A stretch of DNA of 63,009 nucleotides from Candidatus Tenebribacter burtonii (GTDB taxonomy: Bacteria; Cloacimonadota; Cloacimonadia; Cloacimonadales; TCS61). Of this stretch, positions 1 through 8,772 are shown one piece after another (positions within the stretch are counted from its first letter, which is position 1; the number at the start of each line of letters is the position of its first letter). A program made the translations under genes and the position numbers. The DNA lies in NCBI GenBank assembly GCA_030765625.1, contig JAVCCF010000089.1, forward strand, positions 1-63,009, written 5' to 3'. The notes beneath the pieces are model-generated. The model was not told the origin of the DNA and searched no databases. It was given only the letters and a program-made list of their open reading frames with translations.

Positions 1-139
1 GGACTTGACTTCACGGGAATGAAATGACAGTGGAGTTAAGAACGAAGGAAGAGATTTTGGAAAGATAACACAAAGCTTTTAACCCGTGAAATTCGAAGAA
101 AATTTCACCAGGTCTGTCTTTGTGAAATAAGATAAACCA

Positions 140-177
140 TTGCCCCTTCAGTTAAAACTGAGGGGGCAATTTTCTTA
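140..177 (+). terminator. Rho-independent terminator ending an upstream + strand transcript
   Basis: A 12-bp stem pairs TTGCCCCTTCAG (140-151) with CTGAGGGGGCAA (158-169), with one G.U pair and a 6-nt loop. It is followed by TTTTCTT. No ORF of 60 aa or more lies in 1-449. Confidence 0.7.
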
Positions 178-202
178 TTATTTAGTGATAAGGGTTATGC
201 AT

Positions 203-372
203 AATGAAACAATGTTGTCTTTCTGTCTGCCAAGCCGGAGTTGTACGTAGGCTGGAGGAAATCTTCGAAGAATTTTCTCACGAAGAAACTCATTATAAGC
301 AGAGATTCTTCAAAAAAAATATGCAAGATTCGTCAGGATGACGAAAACTCTCTATTATGTAGGACTCTTTAT
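203..372 (+). repeat. Dispersed intergenic repeat, family A, copy 1 (second copy at 47715-47855)
   Basis: It aligns by eye with 47715-47855: AATGAAACAATGT.GTCTTTCTG ... AGGAAATCTTCGAAG.AATTTCT.ACGAAGAA.CTCATTATAAGCAGAGAT ... CAGGATGAC.AAAAC.CTCTATT. Copy 1 carries an extra block of about 29 nt (about 226-254). A near-palindrome is centred on CTTCGAAG. Confidence 0.8.
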
Positions 373-473
373 TAAGTCATCAATCATGAGGTTGTTAACC
401 ATGTGAAAAAAAATACTTGTCATTATATCTTTAAATTTAGAATCTACCATTGTGTTTTATATGTGGGGTGTGT

Positions 474-1571
474 ATGAGAAAAAGGTGTCTTGTGGTTACA
501 GGTGGTGGTGATTGTCCCGGCTTAAATGCTGTTATCAGGGCAATCGTTAAAAGGGCATCAAAAGAGCAAGATTGGAAAATCATTGGCAGCAGAGATGCCT
601 TTAACGGTGTTTTGCGTGAACCAATGGAGATCGTAGAACTTGATAATTCTACAGTTGCTGGAATTCATGTGCGCGGTGGAACCATTTTAGGAACAACGAA
701 TAAAGGTGGTCCATTTGCCTGGGCAGTTAAAGATAATAATGGTAATTGGAAGGAAGAAGATCATTCTTCGGAAATGTTGAGGAAATTAGAATTCCTTAAT
801 GTTCACGCTGTTATCAATATCGGTGGTGATGGTTCGCAAAAAATATCTCAGCAACTTTTTGAAATTGGTTGCAATATAATAGGTGTTCCTAAAACTATCG
901 ATAATGATCTAGGGTTCACTGACATAACTTTTGGGTTTCCCACAGCTGTAGAAATTGCAACGGATGCAGTAGATAAACTTGTTACAACTGCAGAAAGCCA
1001 TAATCGCATAATAATTTTGGAAGTTATGGGAAGAGATGCAGGATGGATAGCTTTACATGCTGCTGTAGCGGGTGGGGCAGAGGTTTGCCTGATCCCGGAA
1101 ATACCTTATGACATCCAAAAAATTATCAAACGCATTAATAAGAGAATTCATAACTCACGTGGATTTGTTAACATAGTAATTTCAGAAGGAGCCTATCCTC
1201 TTGATGGAACACATCAATACCAAAATAATGATGAAATCGGTAACCATAATCTGCGTTTGGGAGGAGCCGGTAATCGTTTAATGCATGAGTTAAAGGAAAA
1301 TGGTATTGCCACAGATATAAGAGTAACAACACTTGGACATTTACAAAGAGGTGGTAAGCCAATTGCTTATGATAGGATATTAGCAACAAAATTTGGTGTA
1401 AAGGCATTTGAAATGGTTTTAGAAAAAGAATTTGGCAAGATGGCAGCACTCCATAATGGCAAATTGATTTCTGTTTCTATCAGCGAAGTAATAGAAAAAT
1501 ATAATTATGTAGATTTGAATTCAGATTTAGTAAAAACAGCCAGAGATATTGATATAAGTTTTGGTGATTAA
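474..1571 (+). CDS. pfkA: 6-phosphofructokinase (PFK family A)
   Basis: Motifs present are TGGGDCPGLNAVIR, NIGGDGSQ, GVPKTIDNDL, MGRDAGW and LGHLQRGG. The track ORF starts at TTG 450; ATG 474 (MRKRCLVV) is the more likely start. Confidence 0.85.
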   Translation: MRKRCLVVTGGGDCPGLNAVIRAIVKRASKEQDWKIIGSRDAFNGVLREPMEIVELDNSTVAGIHVRGGTILGTTNKGGPFAWAVKDNNGNWKEEDHSSEMLRKLEFLNVHAVINIGGDGSQKISQQLFEIGCNIIGVPKTIDNDLGFTDITFGFPTAVEIATDAVDKLVTTAESHNRIIILEVMGRDAGWIALHAAVAGGAEVCLIPEIPYDIQKIIKRINKRIHNSRGFVNIVISEGAYPLDGTHQYQNNDEIGNHNLRLGGAGNRLMHELKENGIATDIRVTTLGHLQRGGKPIAYDRILATKFGVKAFEMVLEKEFGKMAALHNGKLISVSISEVIEKYNYVDLNSDLVKTARDIDISFGD

Positions 1572-1583
1572 GTTAATAGTTAA

Positions 1584-1632
1584 CTGTCATCCTGAGCCCT
1601 TCGACTTCACTCAGGACAGGCTTGTCGAAGGA
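1584..1632 (+). repeat. Dispersed palindromic repeat, family B, copy 1 (inverted copy at 40224-40278)
   Basis: The sequence CTGTCATCCTGAGCCCTTCGACTTCACTCAGGACAGGCTTGTCGAAGGA matches the reverse complement of 40224-40278. Two interleaved inverted repeats are present: CCTGAG/CTCAGG and CCTTCGAC/GTCGAAGG. Confidence 0.75.
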
Positions 1633-1747
1633 GAAAAAAAGGATCAAGATGTATTTTTCACACTTCGATGAACTTTCATCCTTCGAAGTTCTACGGAGAA
1701 CGGGCAGTGTGACATAAGAGTTAAATAATTAATTGTAGGGAGATTTA

Positions 1748-2950
1748 ATGGCAAAAGATAAAGTTGCGATCTTAACGGCTGGAGGACTGGCTCCCTGCCT
1801 TTCTTCATCAATTGGAAGATTGATCGTACAATATACGAAGTTAGTTCCTGATGTAGAGATCATTGGCTATCTGAATGGATATAAGGGACTGTTAGAAGGA
1901 AATTCGATCAAGATCCCGGATAATGTAAGACATTCAGCAGAATTACTCTATAAATTCGGTGGAAGTGTTTTGGGAAACAGTCGCGTTAAGCTAACAAATA
2001 TTGAAGACTGTGTGAAAAAAGGTTATGTAAAAAAAGGTGAAAATCCGTTGCAAATTGCAGCAGAGCAACTTACCAAAGACGGCATCACAATACTTCATAC
2101 AATAGGTGGCGATGACACAAATATTACAGCTGCGGAACTAGCCGGTTATCTTGCTTTGAATGGATATAAATTAATTGTTGTAGGCATACCAAAAACAGTT
2201 GATAATGATATAATTCCAATCACACAAAGTCTGGGAGCATGGACAGCAGCGGAACAGGGAGCAATATTTTTTGAGAATGTTGTAAATGAGAATACAACCA
2301 GTTCTCGTCAATTGATCATACACGAAGTAATGGGTAGGAATTGCGGCTGGCTTACAGCAGCTACAGCTTATGAATACCGGAAGAAACTTGAAAAGAGAGC
2401 TTTCCTGCCGGATATAAGATTAGGCAAAGAACGCTGGGATATTGACGCAGTATTCATCCCTGAAATGACGCTCGATCTTCCTAAAGAGATGGAAAGATTA
2501 TCGAAATTAATGGATGAAAAAGATTGTGTTAATATATTCTTGAGTGAAGGAGCTGGTGTGGGGACAATTGTTTCAGAGATGGAATCAAATGGAGAAGAGG
2601 TGAGAAGAGATGCCTTTGATCATGTACGTTTAGATGAATTGAATCCAGGGCATTGGTTTGCGAAGAAATTTTCCAAATTACTAAGAGCAGATAAAACATT
2701 GGTTCAAAAAAGTGGTTATTTTGCAAGATCTTCAGCTCCAAATGATAAAGATTTGGAATTAATTATAGCTTCAATTGATCTGACTGTAAAAGTAGCTTTA
2801 AATGGTCAAAGTGGCGTTATCGGTCAGGACGAGGATGCAAATGATAAGTTGAGCTTGATAGATTTTTCTCGGATTCAAGGTGGAAAGCCTTTTGATATTT
2901 CTCAAGAGTGGTTCCAAAATATGCTGAAAGAAATAGGGCAAATTAGATAA
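1748..2950 (+). CDS. pfp: Pyrophosphate-dependent phosphofructokinase (PPi-PFK type)
   Basis: This is a PFK family member with TIGGDDTN (Asp where ATP-PFKs have Gly) and GIPKTVDND (Lys), plus MGRNCGW. That is the classical PPi-donor signature. Confidence 0.75.
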   Translation: MAKDKVAILTAGGLAPCLSSSIGRLIVQYTKLVPDVEIIGYLNGYKGLLEGNSIKIPDNVRHSAELLYKFGGSVLGNSRVKLTNIEDCVKKGYVKKGENPLQIAAEQLTKDGITILHTIGGDDTNITAAELAGYLALNGYKLIVVGIPKTVDNDIIPITQSLGAWTAAEQGAIFFENVVNENTTSSRQLIIHEVMGRNCGWLTAATAYEYRKKLEKRAFLPDIRLGKERWDIDAVFIPEMTLDLPKEMERLSKLMDEKDCVNIFLSEGAGVGTIVSEMESNGEEVRRDAFDHVRLDELNPGHWFAKKFSKLLRADKTLVQKSGYFARSSAPNDKDLELIIASIDLTVKVALNGQSGVIGQDEDANDKLSLIDFSRIQGGKPFDISQEWFQNMLKEIGQIR

Positions 2951-2957
2951 TTAAGGA

Positions 2958-3257
2958 ATGGGTGAAAAGATGAAAATTAAATTTAAAGATGTAAGTTCTG
3001 GAATAGTAGAGGCTCGTGCAGTTATTGAAATGATTCCTGATGTTTATATTAATGAAGTTACTATTCTGAACAAAGATGGAGATATTATTATTGAACTTCC
3101 CCAGAAAAGTTTCAAGGGAAAAGATGAGAGAATGCATTATTTGAATATTCTTACTTTTGAAAATGAAAATAAAGAAACTTTATGGATTATGGATGTTAAA
3201 GAAGAATATCTTGCATGGCGTAAGAATAATAAAAGAGTTTTAGTTTACGAAGGATAG
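2958..3257 (+). CDS. Small hypothetical protein (possibly SpoVG-like fold)
   Basis: A 99-aa ORF packed tightly between pfp and hflX. It resembles SpoVG only loosely (beta-rich N-terminus, LPQKSF.GKD). The alternative start is ATG 2970. Confidence 0.45.
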   Translation: MGEKMKIKFKDVSSGIVEARAVIEMIPDVYINEVTILNKDGDIIIELPQKSFKGKDERMHYLNILTFENENKETLWIMDVKEEYLAWRKNNKRVLVYEG

Positions 3258-3318
3258 ATATATTAATAATATCATAGTAGGGAATTTAATAATTCCAGCC
3301 ATTTATTTCCTATAAAAT

Positions 3319-4626
3319 ATGAGTAAAAACGAAAGAGTGTTTCTTATTGGTGTAACTTGGGGAGATGAATCTACTGAGCATTTTAATGAGTCAATGGAAG
3401 AATTACGTCAGCTGGCTAATACTGCTGGTTGCGAAGTTATTGATACATTTCATCAAGCATTAAGAAGACCAAATACATCAATTTATGTAGGCAAAGGAAA
3501 GCTTCGGGAAATTAAAAATACTGCTGCTAATTCACATATTCATACACTTATTTTCAATAACAATCTATCACCTTCTCAATCGCGTAATATTTCAGATATT
3601 TCTGGTTGTAACGTGGTTGATAGAACAGAGATAATCTTAGATATTTTTGCCAGTCATGCTAGAACAAAACAATCAAGATTACAAGTTGAACTTGCTCAAT
3701 TGGAATATGCGTATACTAAACTAAAGAGAAAGTGGAAACATCTTTCAAGGATTCAGGGTGGTATTGGATTTCACGGTCCGGGAGAAACACAAATAGAAGT
3801 TGATAGACGGGAGATACGCAAAAAAACAATTGTCCTCAAAAAGAAGATAAAAAACATTGAACAAATATCTTTGACTAAGAGAAATAAACGAAAAAACATA
3901 ACTTCCATTGCGCTGGTTGGCTATACAAATGCCGGTAAGTCTACTTTATTCAATAAACTAACTGATGAGAACCGTTATACTGCGGATCAACTTTTTGCAA
4001 CTTTAGATTCCAAAACCCGAGCTTTAGACACTGAATCTAACGAAAAACTTGTAATTACGGATACTATCGGGTTTATTCGTAAACTTCCTCATAAACTTGT
4101 TTCTTCTTTTAATTCTACATTGTTGGAAGTTCTGGAAGCTGATCTACTGTTGCACGTAGTTGATGTGTCATATCCTAATCTATTTGAATTAATGGAAGCA
4201 GTCGAGAAGGTTCTTCAGGACATCAAAGTTGAAAAAAAGAATATTCTCATTGTGTTTAATAAAACCGATAAAATATATGGAAACCACTTTTTATTTACTA
4301 AGAAAAAATTGATCAATAAATATCCAGATAGTGTCTTTATTTCTGCAAAAACAGGTGAAGGAATTGATCAATTATATTCTAAGATCGAAGAATTTTTACA
4401 AAGATCTAAGAAGTGTGTTGACCTGGAAATTCCTTTTGAGATGCAGAGCTTAATGTCTTTTCTGCAGAGTAATGCAGAAATAATTGAAAGTAAGTATAAT
4501 AAAACAACAAATTCTCGTACTCTTAAATTAAAAATTAGTAGACAATTATTAGATGGAATTAAAAAACAAATAGAAGATTTTAATTTATTAAGATTTATTG
4601 ATGATAATAATATATATATAAAATAA
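3319..4626 (+). CDS. hflX: GTPase HflX
   Basis: An HflX N-terminal domain is followed by the G motifs GYTNAGKST, DTIGF and NKTD. Confidence 0.9.
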   Translation: MSKNERVFLIGVTWGDESTEHFNESMEELRQLANTAGCEVIDTFHQALRRPNTSIYVGKGKLREIKNTAANSHIHTLIFNNNLSPSQSRNISDISGCNVVDRTEIILDIFASHARTKQSRLQVELAQLEYAYTKLKRKWKHLSRIQGGIGFHGPGETQIEVDRREIRKKTIVLKKKIKNIEQISLTKRNKRKNITSIALVGYTNAGKSTLFNKLTDENRYTADQLFATLDSKTRALDTESNEKLVITDTIGFIRKLPHKLVSSFNSTLLEVLEADLLLHVVDVSYPNLFELMEAVEKVLQDIKVEKKNILIVFNKTDKIYGNHFLFTKKKLINKYPDSVFISAKTGEGIDQLYSKIEEFLQRSKKCVDLEIPFEMQSLMSFLQSNAEIIESKYNKTTNSRTLKLKISRQLLDGIKKQIEDFNLLRFIDDNNIYIK

Positions 4627-4640
4627 AAAGGAGAATTAAA

Positions 4641-5849
4641 ATGGTGAGTGACTTACAGAACATTCTTTCGGATGCTTCCAAAGGGATGAAAAAATCTGCA
4701 ATACGTGAACTTCTCAAACTTACAAAAGATCCTGAAATAATTTCATTTGCAGGAGGATTACCTGCACCTGAAACTTTCCCGATCGAAGAACTTATAGAGA
4801 TCACAACAGAAGTATTGCGTGAAGACGGGGAGAAAGCGTTGCAGTATGGTTCAACAGAAGGAGATGACAGATTACGTGAATTAATTGCAGAGAATTATAT
4901 TCAAGAAGGATTCAAAATTACTAAAGATAATATTTGTATTACCACTGCTTCACAGCAGGGACTTGATCTGCTTGGTAAAATTTTCATCAATCGTGGCGAT
5001 AAAGTTCTTGTGGGTCTTCCTTCCTATTTGGGTGGATTGCAAGCATTCAATGCCTATGGTGCTGATATGATCGGGATTAAATTTGATAATTATGGAATGC
5101 GTTCCGATAAAGTGGAAGAAGTTCTATCCGAACTAAAAGCAAAAGGTGAAAAACCAAAATTCATCTATATTATTCCGGATTTTCAGAATCCAGCAGGTGT
5201 AACTATGCCGGAATTCCGACGTGAAGAGATCATAAGTATTTCTAAAAAGTATGGAGTTCTTATCGTGGAAGATAGCCCTTACAAACACATCCGTTTTGAA
5301 GGAAAAGATCAGAAAAGTTTATTTGCTCTTGATGATGAAGGAAATGTGATAAATCTTGGTACTTTTTCCAAGATATTCGTTCCTGGATTTAGAATTGGTT
5401 GGGTAATTGCCGATAAAGATATTGTTGATAAATTTGTTTTGGCTAAGCAAGGGACAGATCTCTGTACGTCTCCCTTTGTTCAGAAAATTGCTGCAAGATA
5501 TATTGAGAAAGGTTACTTTGATACAAATCTCAAAAAAACTATTAAGCTTTATAAAGAGAAAAAAGATATAATGATGAGAGCTTTTGAAAAATATATGCCC
5601 GAAGGTGTTACTTGGACAAAACCGGAAGGTGGATTATTCTTATTCATTACTTTACCCGAATATATGGATTCAGAAGTCCTTTTTAAAAAAGCAATTAAAA
5701 AGAAGGTTGCCTTTGTAATTGGTCAAGCTTTCCACTGTAATGGTAAGGGTCTGAACACAATGCGGATAAATTTCTCATATGCTTCCAAAGAGCAGAACGA
5801 GATCGGTGTGAAACGGTTGGCTGAAGTAATTAGATCTGAAATGAATTAG
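4641..5849 (+). CDS. PLP-dependent aminotransferase, class I/II (2-aminoadipate/aromatic-type)
   Basis: Motifs present are SFAGGLPAPETFP, the FSK PLP-lysine context (GTFSKIFVPGFRIGW), WTKPEGGLFLF and MRINFS. Confidence 0.85.
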   Translation: MVSDLQNILSDASKGMKKSAIRELLKLTKDPEIISFAGGLPAPETFPIEELIEITTEVLREDGEKALQYGSTEGDDRLRELIAENYIQEGFKITKDNICITTASQQGLDLLGKIFINRGDKVLVGLPSYLGGLQAFNAYGADMIGIKFDNYGMRSDKVEEVLSELKAKGEKPKFIYIIPDFQNPAGVTMPEFRREEIISISKKYGVLIVEDSPYKHIRFEGKDQKSLFALDDEGNVINLGTFSKIFVPGFRIGWVIADKDIVDKFVLAKQGTDLCTSPFVQKIAARYIEKGYFDTNLKKTIKLYKEKKDIMMRAFEKYMPEGVTWTKPEGGLFLFITLPEYMDSEVLFKKAIKKKVAFVIGQAFHCNGKGLNTMRINFSYASKEQNEIGVKRLAEVIRSEMN

Positions 5850-5870
5850 ATATAAAAAAAATAATAATTT

Positions 5871-5901
5871 AGGAGAAGTCGATATGACTTCTCCTTTTTT
5901 A
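5871..5901 (+). terminator. Rho-independent terminator after the aminotransferase gene
   Basis: AGGAGAAGTC (5871-5880) pairs with GACTTCTCCT (5886-5895) across a 5-nt loop, followed by TTTTT. Confidence 0.8.
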
Positions 5902-5920
5902 GAAATTACCGGAGTAATTT

Positions 5921-6919
5921 GTGAGTGAATTCAATGTAGCTGTAGTTGGTGCAACCGGAGCTGTTGGTAAAGAAATGGTAAAGATCCTGGAAGAACGGGA
6001 ATTTCCCATTAAAAATCTTGTCCTTTTAGCTTCGGAACGGTCAGTCGGTGAAACTATCAGTTTCAAGAAAAAGGAACTTAAAGTTCAGGAACTGAATACA
6101 AATAGTTTTGAAGATATTGATATTGCACTGTTCAGTGCCGGTAGTGCAGTAAGTATAAAATTTGCTCCGATCGCAGCTAAGAATGGTACTATTGTTATAG
6201 ATAACAGCAGTGCTTTTAGAATGGATTCGCATGTACCATTAGTAGTACCGGAAGTTAATGCTGATGATGTAAAAAAACATAAAGGAATTATTGCTAATCC
6301 AAATTGTTCTACAATTCAAATGGTTGTCGCGCTTAAACCAGTATTAGATGAAGTTGGAATAAACAGAATAATTGTGTCAACTTATCAAGCAGTCTCAGGC
6401 ACAGGGAAAGCTGCAATTGATGAATTAGAAGAGCAGTCATCTCAAATCTTAAATAAAAAAAAACTAACTCGCAAAGTATATCCTCATCAGATCGCTTTTA
6501 ATATCCTGCCGCATATTGATAAATTTGAGAATAACGGATATACTAAAGAAGAGATGAAGCTTATGCATGAGACTAAGAAGATATTCGGAAATAATAAGAT
6601 TAAAATAACTGCAACTGCAGTTCGTGTTCCTGTTTTTTATGGTCATTCAGAATCTATTTATTTAGAGACCAAAAAACATATTTCGATAAAGAAATTAAAA
6701 GATATTTATATTAAAACTAAAGGTATCAAACTCGTTGATGATATTGCTAATGATAAATATCCATTAGCAATTATGAGTGAGACCTATGATGATGTAATGA
6801 TTGGTAGATTACGAAAAGATCTATCTGAACCAAATGGAATTAATATGTGGATCGTTGCAAATAATTTGCGTAAAGGTGCAGCACTAAATGCTGTTCAAAT
6901 TGCAGAATTGTTAATTTAG
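5921..6919 (+). CDS. asd: Aspartate-semialdehyde dehydrogenase
   Basis: The product starts VAVVGATGAVG and contains NPNCSTIQ (active-site Cys) and YQAVSGTG. The start codon is GTG. Confidence 0.92.
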   Translation: MSEFNVAVVGATGAVGKEMVKILEEREFPIKNLVLLASERSVGETISFKKKELKVQELNTNSFEDIDIALFSAGSAVSIKFAPIAAKNGTIVIDNSSAFRMDSHVPLVVPEVNADDVKKHKGIIANPNCSTIQMVVALKPVLDEVGINRIIVSTYQAVSGTGKAAIDELEEQSSQILNKKKLTRKVYPHQIAFNILPHIDKFENNGYTKEEMKLMHETKKIFGNNKIKITATAVRVPVFYGHSESIYLETKKHISIKKLKDIYIKTKGIKLVDDIANDKYPLAIMSETYDDVMIGRLRKDLSEPNGINMWIVANNLRKGAALNAVQIAELLI

Positions 6920-6925
6920 GTATTT

Positions 6926-8122
6926 ATGAAAATTGTAATCCAGAAATTTGGTGGAACTTCATTACAAAATGCAGAGATTAGAAACAAAGCTGCTGAGCAT
7001 ATTGCAACCGCTATGAAAGATGGATTTTCTCCTGTTGTAGTTGTATCTGCAATGGGTAGAAGAGGTGATCCTTACGCCACAGATACATTATTACAATCAG
7101 CAACTTCAATATTTAAAAATATCTCTCCCCGCGAAAAAGATCTGATCATGTCATGTGGTGAACTAATATCTGCTGTAGTTATGGTGCAAACATTAAAGCG
7201 TAAAAATATTGATGCAGTTGCATTAAATGGAATGCAGGCTGGTATTATCACGGATGACAATTATAATCAGGCAACCATAAAGAAAATAGTTCCCGATAAT
7301 ATATTAAATGTACTTAATAATAATAAAATCCCAATTATAACTGGATTTCAAGGAATAAGTGAGAATGGTGAAATAACAACATTCAGCAGAGGTGGCAGCG
7401 ATACAACTGCCAGTATTTTGGCTGCTGCATTAAAAGCTGAACACATAGAAATATATTCGGATGTTGAAGGCATATTAACTGCTGATCCACGCCAAATTAC
7501 CGGTGCTAGGAACATACCTGAAAGCAGCTATATAGAAGCTGTGGAGATGGCGAATAAAGGTGCAAATGTTATCCATCCTCAGGCTGTCTCGATAGCTTCC
7601 CAATATAAAATTCCCATTAAGCTATTTTCAACTTCTAATAATGTGAAATCAACTATTATCTTTGAAATGAAAAATGATAAGCCTGTTACTGGAATAACCA
7701 GTAAAACAAATATTATCTTAGTACGGATATTTCCTAAAAAAAACAACATCTATAAAACCGGATTAAGCATTTTTCAAACTCTTGCACAACAGAATATCAG
7801 CGTAGATTTTATTTATATAACTCCAGAATTGATATCATTTATTATTGAAGAAGATCTGGAAGATAAATTCATTAAAATATTAGAACAAAATAATTATGTA
7901 TTTGAAACAGAAAAAGAATTTTCAAAGATATCTGTTGTGGGCTCTGGAATGACAGGAATGCCAGGTGTAATCGGGAAGATCGTGAAAGCTTTAAGTTCCA
8001 AAGACATTATGATCTACGAATGTACAGACTCTTATACAACAATTTCATGTCTTGTAAAAAGTATCGACGAAATAATGGCAATCACAGCTTTACACAAAGA
8101 ATTTAAATTAGGAAGTAAATAA
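6926..8122 (+). CDS. lysC: Aspartate kinase
   Basis: Motifs present are KFGGTS, VVVVSAMG and FSRGGSDTTA, with C-terminal ACT-like repeats. Confidence 0.9.
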   Translation: MKIVIQKFGGTSLQNAEIRNKAAEHIATAMKDGFSPVVVVSAMGRRGDPYATDTLLQSATSIFKNISPREKDLIMSCGELISAVVMVQTLKRKNIDAVALNGMQAGIITDDNYNQATIKKIVPDNILNVLNNNKIPIITGFQGISENGEITTFSRGGSDTTASILAAALKAEHIEIYSDVEGILTADPRQITGARNIPESSYIEAVEMANKGANVIHPQAVSIASQYKIPIKLFSTSNNVKSTIIFEMKNDKPVTGITSKTNIILVRIFPKKNNIYKTGLSIFQTLAQQNISVDFIYITPELISFIIEEDLEDKFIKILEQNNYVFETEKEFSKISVVGSGMTGMPGVIGKIVKALSSKDIMIYECTDSYTTISCLVKSIDEIMAITALHKEFKLGSK

Positions 8123-8772
8123 TGTTAAGAAAATTAATAATAACAATTATCTTGATTACGATATTTGTTGGATTAAATACAGAGATCAGTAAAACACAAA
8201 ATAATATGAATCTGATATTTTTGCGTGAATTAGATTCAAATTTACTAGAAACGATCAAGATCATGGATGTGTATAATCAAGTTGCAAATAATATTTCATA
8301 TGATGTTTTAGGAATTGAACATTATCAGAAATTCTTGATGGAAATGACTATGATTTGCATGAATTTGAGAAATGATATTTCCAGTTCTGTCGAATTGAAT
8401 TCTGAACAGCGGGAAATATTTGTTAATGAGTTGATCAATTCATTAAAACCTGATGTGAAAAGCATAACCGGACAAATTACAGAAGAACAAGATATGCAGG
8501 GAAAACAATTCAATAAATTAATTATTCAAAAGATCAATAATCATTTAAAAGAAATAAGAAAAGAGATAATTATTCAAGAAGAAATGATAATTGAAAGTAA
8601 AACTTTTGACCAGTATTTTTTTCATCTTCATTCACAACAGTTTATTTATCAACTTGTTTTGAATTTTTTAAAACCTTCAGATTATCTAAGTAGATTAAAC
8701 AGAGCATTCATTATTCGTGTCGCATCTGAAATTGAATATAACATATTAAATTCTCCAGAACCAGCAAAATAA
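8122..8772 (+). CDS. Hypothetical membrane-anchored protein
   Basis: A 216-aa ORF with one N-terminal hydrophobic helix. It is start/stop-coupled to lysC (TAATG). No recognisable domain. Confidence 0.55.
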   Translation: MLRKLIITIILITIFVGLNTEISKTQNNMNLIFLRELDSNLLETIKIMDVYNQVANNISYDVLGIEHYQKFLMEMTMICMNLRNDISSSVELNSEQREIFVNELINSLKPDVKSITGQITEEQDMQGKQFNKLIIQKINNHLKEIRKEIIIQEEMIIESKTFDQYFFHLHSQQFIYQLVLNFLKPSDYLSRLNRAFIIRVASEIEYNILNSPEPAK

